A stretch of 64,000 nucleotides of DNA from an uncultured Planctomycetaceae bacterium (GTDB lineage: Bacteria; Planctomycetota; Planctomycetia; Planctomycetales; Planctomycetaceae). The stretch lies in NCBI GenBank assembly GCA_963815195.1, contig CAWFGE010000013.1, positions 1,024,001 through 1,088,000 of the forward strand, written 5' to 3'. The stretch's first letter is position 1, and each line of letters begins with the position of its first letter. Under the pieces are notes generated by a model. It was not told the DNA's origin. It worked only from the letters and a program-made list of their open reading frames with translations, and did not search any database. The translations under genes and the position numbers were made by a program. Shown one piece after another: positions 1-13,578 of this stretch.

Positions 1-181
1 CATACGACAGGTTGGGAACAAAGTGCCCGTCCATCACGTCCCAATGAACCAGGCAAGCCCCCGCCGACTCGAGAGCCGCCATCTCCGCCCGCAGATTTCC
101 AAAATCGCATTTGAGCAAAGACGGCGCGATGATCGGCCCCTGATTCTTCAACCTCTCGAGGACGTCCTGTCGGTTCATCAT
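1..181 (-). CDS. rpe: Ribulose-phosphate 3-epimerase, N-terminal part (runs off the window edge)
   Basis: Manual translation of the minus strand gives [30 protein letters not shown]...[16 protein letters not shown], containing the Rpe IAPS and [12 protein letters not shown] motifs. Not in the ORF track. Confidence 0.92.
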   Translation of the reverse strand, partial: MMNRQDVLERLKNQGPIIAPSLLKCDFGNLRAEMAALESAGACLVHWDVMDGHFVPNLSY

Positions 182-437
182 CCGGGAAACTCAGTCTGAT
201 CTCTCATAACGTGGCGGAAGAAAACCTGGCGGGAGGAGGTTGTTGTATCCCTTCGCAGAACGACGAAGGCATGAACCGGCTCGCCGCGGACATCAAGGGG
301 CTATTCTGACGAGAACCCGCCGCCAAGTCCAGCGGAAAGCCCGCGCAAACTGATCAAATGTTGGTTGGTGGAAAACGCCGGCCAATCGGTTTTTGGGAAA
401 CAAATCGATTGGCCGGCACGGCTCGAGTCGGCAGGTT

Positions 438-1458
438 TTAGAGGCTCGCCAACTGTTTGATGAGGTCGGCGGTGCGGTTGGAATAGCCGTATTCGTTGTC
501 GTACCAGCCGAGAACTTTCACCATGTTGCCTTCGATCCTGGTCGTCCAGGGGGCATCGAAAATGCAGCTGTGGACGTTGCCGATGATGTCGCTGGAGACG
601 ATCGGGTCGGTGTTGTATTCCATGATGCCTTTAAGCGGCCCTTCGGACGCGGCTTTCATGGCCTGGTTGATCTGGTCTTCGGACGCGTCTTTCGCCAGGA
701 CCGCCACGAGGTCGGTGATGCTGCCCGCGGGCACGGGCACCCGCAAGGAAATCCCCGTGAGTTTGCCGTTGAGTTCCGGCAGGACCTGTCCCACGGCCCG
801 CGCGGCCCCGGTGGAGGTCGGAATGATATTCACCGCCGCCGCCCGCGCGGTGCGGATCGCTGTGGATCTGGTCCGCGATCCTTTGGTCATTCGTATAAGC
901 GTGGACCGTCGTCATCAGGCCGTGCTCGATGCCGAAGTTTTCATGCAGCACCTTGCACATGGGGGCCAGGCAGTTGGTGGTGCAGCTCGCGTTGGAGACG
1001 CATTTGTGCTCCGGCGTGAGGAGATGGTCGTTCACGCCCCGCACCACGGTGAGATCGGGCTTGTCTTTGGCCGGGGCGGAGAGCACGACTTTCTTGGCTC
1101 CCGCGGCCAGGTGGCTGTCGTAGCCGGGTTTGCCGTCGGCGGCGCGTTTGGTGAAGAACCCGGTGGATTCGAGTGCGACTTGGACGCCCATGTCCCCCCA
1201 GGGCAGTTTGGCGGGATCGCGTTCCGAGCACACGGTGATTTTCTTCCCGTTCACAATGAGGGCGCTGCCTTCGGCTTCCACGGTGCCGGGAAACCGGCCC
1301 TGGACGCTGTCGTATTTGACCAGCATCGCCAGGGCTTTGGGATCGCTCAAATCGTTGACGGCGACCACGTCAAACTCATCCGGCCGAGCCGCCATCGCGC
1401 GAAACGTAATGCGGCCGATTCGGCCAAAACCATTAATTCCAACTTTTACAGCAGCCAC
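438..1458 (-). CDS. gap: Type I glyceraldehyde-3-phosphate dehydrogenase, split by a 1-nt frameshift at about 848
   Basis: [10 protein letters not shown] and ASCTTNCL lie in ORF 631..1524; [10 protein letters not shown] and WYDNE lie in ORF 438..890. GTG start at 1458 preceded by AGGAG. Confidence 0.95.
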
Positions 1459-1745
1459 GGGGCTGTCTCCTTGAACTTGAACAAAACAAACACGGTTAGA
1501 GAAAGAAAAAATCCTCGTCCCCAAGACGTTTCAAAACGTCCCTCCCGCTTTTTCCGAGGGGAACCAGCCCGGCCTGAGGGGGTTCTTTTTCGGGGTTTTT
1601 CGCTAGATTTCCGTTCCTGCGGTGATTGTAGTAGCGGCCCAACCGTTCTACAAGGGTGTCTCTCCCGGCCTCTGTTTTTCGCGGATGTCGCCGATTCCTG
1701 GGTCTTGGGCAGAACTTTTTTGAGCGGCACGGACCGTCCGATAAC

Positions 1746-2732
1746 TCACCGTTCCCACGACCAGTTTTTGACGCCTTTCAAATTCTGGATGCAGAAGGCG
1801 GGCCATTCGCCTTTTTCGAGGGCGATGATCGTCTCCGCCGCCATTTTGAAGGTGTCGTCGTGGGATTCTTCGTCCAGCCCCGCAAGGTGCCCGGCGAGGA
1901 GCACGTTGTCGAGTTCCAACAGCGGGCTGTCCAGCGGCAATGGCTCCACCTCGAACACATCCAACCCCGCCCCTCGCAGGTGGCCGGATTTGAGGGCGTT
2001 GTAAAGAGCCGTCTCATCGACCAGCGCGCCGCGGGCGGTGTTGATCAGCACCGAGCCGGGTTTCATCATTGCCAACGTCTCGGCGTTCATCAGGTGCTTG
2101 GATTCCACGGACATCGGCAGATGCAGCGAGACGTAATCCGCGCGTTTCAAGAGATCCTCGAAGCTCACAAGTTCCACCCGCCATTGCTGGATGAATTCCT
2201 GGTCGGGATAGGGTTCGTAAGCGAGGATGTTGAGGCCTAAGCCCGCGGCCCGCCAGGCCACCGCGCGGCCGATGCGGCCCAAGCCGACGATGCCCAGCGT
2301 TCGGCCCATGATCCGCGGGCGGGCGATCCGCTGCCAGCGGTTTTCGCGGACCCGGCGGTCGTTGTCGGGAAACCCGCGGGCGACGCCGAACAGCAAAGCC
2401 AGCGCGTGCTCGGCGACAGAGTGGTGATTCACGCCGGGCGTCGTCGTGACCACCACGCCCGCCTTGTCACAAGCCGCCAGGTCGATCGCATCAAACCCCA
2501 CGCCCGTCCGGGTAATCACCCGCAGGTTGGGCAGCGACTCGATGACCTTCGTTGTATAAGGTTCCGATCCCGCCAGGACGCCCTGGCAGTCGGCCAGCAA
2601 GTTGATGAGGTTTTCCTCCTCCCACAAATCGACGGACCGCGGGGCGACCTGGACCTCAAACCCCGCCTCGGGAAAAATCTGCTGATGAGGCCCCTGTTCC
2701 GCATTGAGCGACGTGCACATCACTTTGGGCAT
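1746..2732 (-). CDS. D-isomer-specific 2-hydroxyacid / phosphoglycerate dehydrogenase family protein
   Basis: GIVGLGRIG, LINTARG and AGLDVFEVEP motifs. Confidence 0.88.
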   Translation of the reverse strand: MPKVMCTSLNAEQGPHQQIFPEAGFEVQVAPRSVDLWEEENLINLLADCQGVLAGSEPYTTKVIESLPNLRVITRTGVGFDAIDLAACDKAGVVVTTTPGVNHHSVAEHALALLFGVARGFPDNDRRVRENRWQRIARPRIMGRTLGIVGLGRIGRAVAWRAAGLGLNILAYEPYPDQEFIQQWRVELVSFEDLLKRADYVSLHLPMSVESKHLMNAETLAMMKPGSVLINTARGALVDETALYNALKSGHLRGAGLDVFEVEPLPLDSPLLELDNVLLAGHLAGLDEESHDDTFKMAAETIIALEKGEWPAFCIQNLKGVKNWSWER

Positions 2733-3020
2733 GCTGACTGTTCTCCGGATTTAGGTGGACAAAAGACAATTTCTATGGGTAAAATCATCTCACGCCGGCA
2801 ATCATTTATTAGCCGCAGGACGCTCGCCCCGGTTCAACGAGGCAACCGGACGCGAGGGCGTCCCGGCTGATGATTTCGACCTGGCGTGGAATCGATTCCA
2901 ATTCAAGTCCCAAACTATAACCCGAAGCGTCCGCGAGGAACACCAAACAAGGCGGATCGGCTCTCCGCCGGGTCCCCTCGGGGTGGCTCTGATCTCCGCT
3001 ATCAAGAAAGGCCGCGAGTG

Positions 3021-3249
3021 ATGGCTGCTTCCGATCGGCCGGCAGAAAGGACGAGGATCGCAAATCCAGCCGCTCAATCGCTTTGTGCGGATTCACCTCG
3101 CGGAGGACCTCGAGCAACTGGAGCACGATGAGGATTTCCTCACGGGCACCCGCAGCGTGCCCACGGAGTATTTCGCCGATGCTTCGAAGTCGCTGATTTC
3201 AGAAAACAACAGCCCGGACATCCTCTATCGCTACAGCATCAATCCCTAG
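3021..3249 (+). pseudogene. Truncated N-terminus of a PA0069/Rv2578c-like radical SAM protein
   Basis: Translates KGRGSQIQPLNRF...EYFADASKSLISENNSPDILYRYSINP*. The stop falls where the family normally continues YRGCEHGCxYC. The ATG at 3021 is out of frame with this segment. Confidence 0.7.
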
Positions 3250-3416
3250 TTTTCCCGTCTGATTTCAGGATGCGCTTGGAATCATAAAATCGCGTATGGA
3301 TCCTTCGAGAAATAACTGGGCGGAATGGCGCTAGCCACCGGTTGGTGGATCGTAAAAAACCGGCGGCTATGCCGTGCCGCTCAAAGATTACAGGACACTT
3401 ATTTCTCAAATGATCC

Positions 3417-3539
3417 TTAAGCGTCTTTCCCTACGTGCCGGACCAACTCGCGGAAGGTTTTGCGCAACGACTTGTGCAAGTCGCGGGAAAACGAACCGTC
3501 CAGATGGCGAACGGCGATCAATTCCACGACGTCGGCAAA
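3417..3539 (-). pseudogene. Diverged duplicate of the last ~40 codons of the gene at 5233..5805
   Basis: 123-nt near-identity with 5233-5355, including the stop codon (FADVVELIAVRHLDGSFSR...). Confidence 0.85.
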
Positions 3540-3663
3540 TTCGAGCTCCGGCGAAAATGAAGAGAACGCTCCCATGAAGAAGCGGTGTCCTTGTTACCGA
3601 GGCGTTACGCCATGCGGGAGACGCTTGTGTTATTTTAATTAAAAGCCCAAACTGTAAGCGTTT

Positions 3664-3795
3664 GGGTGGCTGGGGCACAAATCTCCCCTTGGAACAAGGC
3701 TTGAACTGCGAATGCTGGGGCGAGAAAAATCTCACACGGCCCCAGGGGTCAAATCTCCTTTTTCCTTGGAACATTCTTGTGCGCCCCAGCCCCCC
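3664..3795. mobile_element. MITE-like element (family A), copy 1
   Basis: Terminal inverted repeats GGCTGGGGC(A/G)C...GCGCCCCAGCC. Homologous to 12726-12865 in the opposite orientation. Confidence 0.7.
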
Positions 3796-3867
3796 CCTCC
3801 ACTTTCGACTTACAGTTCGAGTAAAAGCAAACCTCCGGTTGGCCCGCGTTTTTTGAAAGGAACTTCA

Positions 3868-5042
3868 ATGTCCCGAAGTGCATTCGGCTCGATGCTGTTG
3901 TTGGTCGTGCTCCAGCCCGGCGGGATTTTGGGAGCCGACAAATCACCGACTGCAGAAAACCCGCCCCAAGTCGACTTTTCGAAATTCCCCAAGATCAACG
4001 GCAAGGTGGTCCAGGTGCTGGGAAGTTCCTTTGGCTATATCCCGCCGAGAGTGGGGGACGAGATGGAACTGGATCTCAAGACGATATCCCAACTCGAGCA
4101 ACTGAGATTCAAGTCCCGGCCTGGAGATTTCAGCACGAGGTCTTACATCCCCTTGGCGACCAGCGACAAACCCGCTGGCGCGGAAGCAGCGTCAGCGTGG
4201 TGAATCCGCTCCAGGTGGAAGCCGTCAATACCTACACCACGGGGGCGTTCGAAAGCATGCGGTTGATCTCCCGGTCCACGAGTCCGTCTAGGCACACCGT
4301 GACTCTCAATGTGAAAGGGAATGAGAAACATGTGCAAATCTTGGTATTGGTGGAATGGAGGCACAAGTTCGGAGGGCTGTTTCTGATCGAGGGCCAGGCC
4401 GACGGACCGTTTCCCAACCCAACCAAGCCGAAAGGCAAAACGGATGAGGCCCGTCTCGAAGGCTTGCTTGAGCGGATGCAGAAGATTCTCCCGCCCGGCT
4501 GGTCCGTCTCGTCCAAACTGGCGAATCGCGATGCCCCGTCTCGTCCCGGTTGGCATCCGACGGTCGTGATTCAATCGAAGGACGCTCTGCCGGTGGAACA
4601 TTTCTACCCGGGAATGGGCCCGGATGAAGCCCCGAAGATCTCGCGCGAGAAGGTGACGGTATTTTTCGTGGCGTCTCGCTACGTTTCTTGGGACCAATAC
4701 GCGGTGGTCCAACAACAGAACGAGTCCCTGCTGGAAAAGCGAAGAGCCTTTCGAAACGAAAAGCTGAAATTCATCCCTTGGGGTTATAAGGGGGCGGAAC
4801 CGATTCCGCCCGATGCGTTCGAACCGCGAACCAAAGCCGAGACCCGACGGATTCGCGAATATGCATTCCTTTGGATCTCGACCCAGCCCAAGCCGTTGCC
4901 CACCCATTTCGCGGAGAATCTGTCCTTTGAGATGCACCTCCCAGGCTCGATCGAGATTCATGATCCCAAGAAGTCCCAGGAGTACAAGCAGCTTCTCGAG
5001 TCCGTCGAAAAGATCATCGTGCCGTATGCGGTTTCCCACTGA
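3868..5042 (+). CDS. Hypothetical secreted protein, probably one gene frameshifted at about 4170
   Basis: Signal-peptide-like MSRSAFGSMLLLVVLQPGGILGA at 3868. The frame of ORF 4197..5042 is open upstream across the junction. Confidence 0.6.
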
Positions 5043-5232
5043 CAAGAAAACCCCGGCGACTCTTTTCCCCCTCTGATTTCAGGATGTCCTGGGAATCAGG
5101 AAATCGCGTTAGAGTCTCAGTTTGTCACTTTTGTGCGCCGTGCGCGCATCTTCCGTAACGGTGGCTTCCAGCCGCCGAGATCGATCTACGGCGGCAAGAT
5201 GCCGCCGCTACGTTGTTTGCGGCTTCGCCGCG

Positions 5233-5805
5233 TTAAGCATCTTTCCCCACGCGCCGGACCAACTCGCGGAAGGTTTTGCGCAACGACTTGTGCAAATGAC
5301 GGGAAAACGATCCGTCCAGATGGCGAACGGCGATCAATTCCACGACGTCGGCAAAATCTTTGTGCGTCCGCCGGATATTGGCCGAACCACAGGCCAATTT
5401 CATTTCAATCAACCGGGAAAGCCTCAAAACGGTCAGATCCTCGATGGTCTCCACATTTTCTTCGCCCCAGGGCTTGGGAATGGCGACTTCCAATCCGCTG
5501 CCGGCGCTCTCGCCGGCAATAAGAAACTGAACCGCGATTCCGGACGGGGTCTGAAAGTCCTTGTCCTCGGCATTCCAGGTGAAACCCGCATGCTCCAGCA
5601 CGTCGCGGATTTGATCGGAATCCTCGCGCTGAACGATTAAATCCAAATCCACGGTATTTCGCTGATACCCGTGCAAACAAACGGCGACGCCGCCGCAGAT
5701 GGAATACTCAATGCCGGCGTCGGTCAACATGCGGTGGCAGAGAACGGCTGTGTCCCACAGGTTTTCATTGCCTAGCATGGAATACGCCTTTTGAGCCGAA
5801 ATCAT
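5233..5805 (-). CDS. Nucleotidyltransferase-fold hypothetical protein
   Basis: CGGVAVCLHGYQRNTVDLDL fits the GG...RxTxDxD polymerase-beta-like motif. Confidence 0.7.
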   Translation of the reverse strand: MISAQKAYSMLGNENLWDTAVLCHRMLTDAGIEYSICGGVAVCLHGYQRNTVDLDLIVQREDSDQIRDVLEHAGFTWNAEDKDFQTPSGIAVQFLIAGESAGSGLEVAIPKPWGEENVETIEDLTVLRLSRLIEMKLACGSANIRRTHKDFADVVELIAVRHLDGSFSRHLHKSLRKTFRELVRRVGKDA

Positions 5806-5947
5806 ATCGAGACCTACGTTTCGTCCCCATGCCCGTCAGTTACAAAGACCCATTCAAAGAGATTCTACTGCACCGGCATTGGTAGGACTAGATCATTGAA
5901 AGAGTTCGACCGGTTGCAGAGCGTCTGAAGATGTTGCCCGACGAAGA

Positions 5948-5984
5948 AACCCCGGCGGCTCTTTGCGATTGAGCCGCCGGGGTT
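5948..5984 (-). terminator. Hairpin terminator after ppdK
   Basis: 14-bp perfect stem AACCCCGGCGGCTC / GAGCCGCCGGGGTT, 30 nt past the ppdK stop. Confidence 0.65.
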
Positions 5985-6013
5985 CTGTCGTCTGAAAATT
6001 GCCGGTCGCCGCA

Positions 6014-8746
<2,733 letters not shown>

Positions 8747-8926
8747 GCGATCGTTCCCCTAAAAATAGACCTTCCAAGTGGTGATCGTTGATTCTTGTGA
8801 ATGAAGAGACGCGGAGCGCGAACCATCGGCGCACAACGATCGCTCCGAAAATCTCGGTCCCGCGCAGGCTGGCAAACTAGCAGCGCGGTCTTGGATCGTC
8901 AAGCGAACCGGAAATCCCAAGCATCC

Positions 8927-10132
8927 CTACCGAGTGCCAGGATTTTGCCCAAAATTCGCAAAATACGTCTCCGCCAACCGGGCCAGCAGCCAGCCGGCTT
9001 CCTTTTCCCGGGCGGCCGACCGGGCCGACTGGCAATCCCGGGCCAGCTGTTTCGGAGACGCCATCCACTCCGCGGCCAGATCCAACGTCCGAACTGCGAG
9101 GGCTTCCAACGAATTTCCCGCGTCTTCGGCCAACGGAAAACTTCGCGGGGCATTTTGATGATGCCAATCCATACGCCGCCGGCACATACTTCGGAACTCG
9201 ACTTGGACCGGTTCGGGAAGTGCCGCCGAACGGAGCAGCGGAAGCAAGGTTTCCGCGGCCGAAGCTTTTCCCGTCATCAATCTAAGAATCGCCCCCGTTT
9301 GTTCATCAAGGCAAATGGCTTCGAGGCGATTCAAGGCGTCCTGCACCGCGGCTTGAACGATCGGATGTTGGTCGAATTGCCGCTTCATCAACGCGGGCAG
9401 CACCTGCCGATAACCCGCTTCGGAAAACACCAATCCCGGGGTCTCCGCCAACCGCTGGGCCGTCGTGCGGCGGACTTTCCAATGGGAATCGCTGAGACCC
9501 GCGGCAATCGCCGGCACCACCGCCGACTTCTCCGCCGCCAATCGGCACAGGGCGGTCACGCTTCGGCAACGCCTCGACGCATGCGGGTGAGCCATCCCCG
9601 ATTCCAATCCCTCCCACAGCTTTGATTTCACCGCTTCGGCGACGTGCGGGTCGGCCAGACACGCCGACAGTCCACAGATCGCCGCGTCGCGGACGAGTGG
9701 TTCCCCGTCGTCCAAAGCCGACGCCAGCAATTGCCGGGGCACGCGGTCCGCGGAATCCAGCTCCGCAAGCGGCCAGCAAATCGCCCCGAGCGCCTGGGCG
9801 GCGGCTTCGCGGACGGTCCACAGCGGATCGGTTTCGAGCGATCGGCAAAGCTCATCGACCACGCCCCGCGCCGCCGGTCCGCAACAGCCCAGCGCTTGAG
9901 CCGCCCTCCGCCTGGCCGATGGATCGAGATCACGGAGAGCTTCGCTCAAAATCACCAGCCGTTCCGGTTCCTGCCTCATACAATCGGCGAGTCGCCGCAT
10001 GGCCGCGGGCCGGAGCGGGTATTGATCCCGCCGCAATACCAGATCGGCCAACGCCTCCACCGAAAGCGAATCGAGCCTGATGTCGTTCCCAGGCGACGGT
10101 TCCATTGACAGGCTCTCCCATTTTCTATTCAA
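8927..10132 (-). CDS. HEAT-repeat protein
   Basis: Repeated VRxAAAxALG-type HEAT units. The start may be the ATG at 10105. Confidence 0.75.
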   Translation of the reverse strand: MNRKWESLSMEPSPGNDIRLDSLSVEALADLVLRRDQYPLRPAAMRRLADCMRQEPERLVILSEALRDLDPSARRRAAQALGCCGPAARGVVDELCRSLETDPLWTVREAAAQALGAICWPLAELDSADRVPRQLLASALDDGEPLVRDAAICGLSACLADPHVAEAVKSKLWEGLESGMAHPHASRRCRSVTALCRLAAEKSAVVPAIAAGLSDSHWKVRRTTAQRLAETPGLVFSEAGYRQVLPALMKRQFDQHPIVQAAVQDALNRLEAICLDEQTGAILRLMTGKASAAETLLPLLRSAALPEPVQVEFRSMCRRRMDWHHQNAPRSFPLAEDAGNSLEALAVRTLDLAAEWMASPKQLARDCQSARSAAREKEAGWLLARLAETYFANFGQNPGTR

Positions 10133-10239
10133 GACGGCGGCTTGTGAATGGTCTCTCCGTCCTGCTAATCTGGGGGAGATACGAAGTTAAGAACGGCCCG
10201 GCACCGAAGACACCCATCGCACCCGATCGAGGAAACACC

Positions 10240-11802
10240 ATGAACCGCCTGCACCCGGCTTGGGGATTTTGCATCTTTCTTGTTTTGACCGGCAGCCCTC
10301 GGCTTTTCGCCCAGGACCAGGAAAAAAAAGAGCCAAAACCCGCCGCGGCTTTGGCTCAAAAAATCGAGCCGATCGACGCCGACACCAAAACCAAAGAAAC
10401 GGTCCACGTCACGCATCATACCGCGAAAATCGCCGGCAAGACAATCGCGTACACCGCGACCGCGGGCACGCTGGAGATGACTTCCGACGAAGGCAAAAAG
10501 AAGGCCGAGATGTTTTTCGTCGCCTACACGAAGGACGATGCCCAGGAAGATCAACGTCGACCCGTGACGTTCTGCTTCAACGGCGGGCCGGGGTCTTCGT
10601 CGGTGTGGCTGCACATGGGGATGCTCGGCCCCCAGCGCGTGGAACTCAATGACGAAGCCCAACCCACGCCGCCGCCCGGCCGGCTTGTGGAAAATCAATT
10701 CTCGTTATTAGACATCACCGATCTCGTCTTCATCGATCCGGTGAGCACAGGTTTCAGCCGGCCCGCCCAAGGGGAGAACAAGCAGCAGTTCCACGGCTAC
10801 GAAGAAGACATCCGCTCCGTCGGGCAGTTCATCTACTTCTATACGTCAAAGTATAAGCGCTGGCTGTCGCCCAAGTTTTTGATCGGCGAAAGCTACGGGA
10901 CATTAAGAGCCGCGGGCCTCGCGGGGCATTTGCAGGACCGCTACTATATGGACCTCAATGGCATCGCGCTCATTTCCAGCGTGCTGGATTTTCAGACCTT
11001 GAGCTTCGGAACAAACACAAACCTCCCCTATATTCTCTACTTTCCCAGCTATACGGCGACGGCGTGGTATCACAAACAACTGCCCAAGGATCTGCAAGAC
11101 CAGGAACTCGAAAAAGTGCTCGTGGAAGCGGAGCGATTCGCGATGAACGACTATGCCGAGGCCCTGCTGAAAGGCGCGACGCTCTCCAAGCGGGAGCAAA
11201 AAGAAGTTGCGAAAACCTTTGCACGATATACCGGGCTCTCGAAGGATTTTGTGGAACTCTCGAACCTCCGCGTGAGCAGCAGCCGGTTTGCCAAAGAGCT
11301 TATGAGAAACAAACGCCGGACGATCGGGCGGTTTGACAGCCGGTATACCGGCATCGACCGGGACGCGGCGGGGGACCGCTATGAATATGACGCGAGCGCT
11401 GCCGCGCTGTTCGGCCCCTTTACCGCCGTCCTCAATCACTATCTCCGCGCCGAACTGAACGTGGAGCGGGACAAGATTTATGAAATCCTCACGTCGAACG
11501 TGCATCCCTGGAGTTATAAGAGTTTTGAAAACCGCTATGTCGCGGCTTCCGAGACGTTGCGGGGGGCGATGACTCAAAACGAGTTCCTCAAAGTCTTTGT
11601 CGCCAGCGGGTATTATGATCTGGCCACGCCCTATTTTGCGACCGATTATACCTTCAACCAGATGGCTTTGGCGCCATCGCTTCGCAAGAACGTCTCCGTC
11701 CACTATTATGAAGCGGGACATATGATGTATGTCCGCGAGTCGTCCCTCAAAAAACTCCGCGGAGATTTGGAGCGGTTCTATCGCTCGGCCCTGAAAAAGT
11801 AA
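10240..11802 (+). CDS. Peptidase S10 family serine carboxypeptidase, secreted
   Basis: FNGGPGSSS, IDPVSTGFS, GESYG and GHMMY motifs. Signal peptide; GAGGA RBS before the ATG at 10240. Confidence 0.92.
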   Translation: MNRLHPAWGFCIFLVLTGSPRLFAQDQEKKEPKPAAALAQKIEPIDADTKTKETVHVTHHTAKIAGKTIAYTATAGTLEMTSDEGKKKAEMFFVAYTKDDAQEDQRRPVTFCFNGGPGSSSVWLHMGMLGPQRVELNDEAQPTPPPGRLVENQFSLLDITDLVFIDPVSTGFSRPAQGENKQQFHGYEEDIRSVGQFIYFYTSKYKRWLSPKFLIGESYGTLRAAGLAGHLQDRYYMDLNGIALISSVLDFQTLSFGTNTNLPYILYFPSYTATAWYHKQLPKDLQDQELEKVLVEAERFAMNDYAEALLKGATLSKREQKEVAKTFARYTGLSKDFVELSNLRVSSSRFAKELMRNKRRTIGRFDSRYTGIDRDAAGDRYEYDASAAALFGPFTAVLNHYLRAELNVERDKIYEILTSNVHPWSYKSFENRYVAASETLRGAMTQNEFLKVFVASGYYDLATPYFATDYTFNQMALAPSLRKNVSVHYYEAGHMMYVRESSLKKLRGDLERFYRSALKK

Positions 11803-11868
11803 TTAAGGACATCGCCCGATCATGATGGGAATCGCCCCGCGGCTGAATAATGCTAGAGGACGCGCACC

Positions 11869-12693
11869 GTGAAAAGTTTGCCCGGGAAAATTGCCGAAGC
11901 ACTGGCGTTTCTCAACGAGAAATGGCCCGTGGTTCCCCAGGTCGGTTTGATTCTGGGAACCGGTCTGGGAAAGCTCGCCGACGAAATCGAGGCGGACGTA
12001 CGGATTCCCTATGCCGACATCCCGCATTTTCCGACTTCCACAGTCGAGTCCCACACCGGCCAACTCGTGTGCGGGAAACTCCGGGGCCGGTCGGTCGTGG
12101 CGATGGAAGGCCGCTTCCATTATTACGAAGGCTATTCGCTCGAACAGGTCACGTTTCCCGTCCGCGTGATGAAATCCCTGGGCGTGGAAACGCTGTTCAT
12201 CACGAATGCCGCGGGCGGGATGAATCCCCAATACGACCTGGCCGACGTGGTGATCATCGAAGACCACATCAACTTCCTGCCGGACAACCCGCTGCGGGGC
12301 GTGAACGAGGAAGACCTGGGGCCCCGCTTCCCGGACATGCTGGAACCCTACGACCAGAAGCTCGTCCGCCTGGCGAAGGAAACGGCGCTCGAGTTAGGCA
12401 TCGCGGCTCACACGGGCGTGTTCGTGGCGGTGCCGGGTCCGAATCTGGAAACCCGCGCGGAATACCGCATGCTGCGGCAATGGGGAGCCGACGTTGTGGG
12501 CATGTCCACCGTCCCCGAAGTCCTCGTCGCCAAGCACGCCAACCTCCGCACCGTGGCGTTTTCGCTGGTGACCGATCTGTGCCTGCCCGATGCCTTGGAA
12601 CCGGCGGACATCCAGAAGATCCTGGAAGTCGCCGGCCGAGGCGGAGAACGCCTGGGCCGCCTCATTGGCCGCATGATCGAGAAGCTGAACTGA
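11869..12693 (+). CDS. punA: Purine nucleoside phosphorylase (PunA/XapA type)
   Basis: [21 protein letters not shown] and VGMSTVPE motifs. Confidence 0.92.
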   Translation: MKSLPGKIAEALAFLNEKWPVVPQVGLILGTGLGKLADEIEADVRIPYADIPHFPTSTVESHTGQLVCGKLRGRSVVAMEGRFHYYEGYSLEQVTFPVRVMKSLGVETLFITNAAGGMNPQYDLADVVIIEDHINFLPDNPLRGVNEEDLGPRFPDMLEPYDQKLVRLAKETALELGIAAHTGVFVAVPGPNLETRAEYRMLRQWGADVVGMSTVPEVLVAKHANLRTVAFSLVTDLCLPDALEPADIQKILEVAGRGGERLGRLIGRMIEKLN

Positions 12694-12725
12694 TCCGCCT
12701 CTTTATCTACGCTTCCTCCGCGGCA

Positions 12726-12865
12726 GGTTGGCTGGGGCGCAATGGAATGTTCCAAGGAAAAAGCAGATTTGAGGCCTGGGGCCGTGCGAAATTTTTCTCG
12801 CTCGGCCACAGCCCCAGCATTCACAGTTCTAGCCTTACTCCAAGGGGAATTTGCGCCCCAGCCAC
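12726..12865. mobile_element. MITE-like element (family A), copy 2
   Basis: GGCTGGGGCGCAA...TTGCGCCCCAGCC termini. Reverse-complement homolog of 3664-3795. Confidence 0.7.
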
Positions 12866-12906
12866 GCAAACCGAGAAGCTGGACTGAACCGGAGGGGAGT
12901 CGATCG

Positions 12907-13539
12907 TCAGTGGGGTTGTCCGAACCAACCCTCCTCGTCGAACTTCGGAATGTATGGCAGTTCGAGCACAGGGAAATCGGAGAATGCCCAAATTGCCTCT
13001 TTGAGCTTGGGCGTGAGAAAAATGGCACGCAGATCATTGCCCCCATCTACGGCATAAAGCCGCTCGTCTGTTTGAGCCGTTTCAAGCATTTCGTTGACCA
13101 GGCCAAACGTTCGGACGGTGGTTAGGCCCCAAGTGAGACCCGGCCGCCCGTTTCGTTCTTGTTCGAACTCGGCCAAACTCCAAATCAATCGCTCGTCGCG
13201 GTTGAGGGTGACTGTGTAATCGTGGTTCCCCCAATTGTTCGAAACGGAGAATGTCATATTGAGGCGTTCGAGGAATGGTTTGATTTCTCGAAGAAACTTG
13301 GCGACCCCGCCTTCCGAGAGATTCTCAGCGTCGACCCAGAAAAACCGCGGATTGTCGTCGATCGCGTTCCATCCCCGTTCAAGAATGCTCGCGGTGCACG
13401 CATCGATCTCCGAATCGGTGAAGTGGGCGAAGAACCCGAGTTCCCGGAGTTCGGCGAGCACGGAATTTTGGTCCGGCTTGCGTCGGCGACCGGAAAACAG
13501 GGAATCAACACCGAGTGATGAAAATAGGGATCGAAGCAT
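12907..13539 (-). CDS. Hypothetical protein
   Basis: 210-aa ORF with protein-like composition, directly downstream of and co-directional with cax. Confidence 0.65.
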   Translation of the reverse strand: MLRSLFSSLGVDSLFSGRRRKPDQNSVLAELRELGFFAHFTDSEIDACTASILERGWNAIDDNPRFFWVDAENLSEGGVAKFLREIKPFLERLNMTFSVSNNWGNHDYTVTLNRDERLIWSLAEFEQERNGRPGLTWGLTTVRTFGLVNEMLETAQTDERLYAVDGGNDLRAIFLTPKLKEAIWAFSDFPVLELPYIPKFDEEGWFGQPH

Positions 13540-13578
13540 TGGATTCGTCCTTTGCCGTTAAGTATGGCGGGCCCGCCG

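Noticed and set aside
5233..5805. Toxin-antitoxin (AbiE or MNT-HEPN) module
   Set aside because: No adjacent cognate partner gene is visible.
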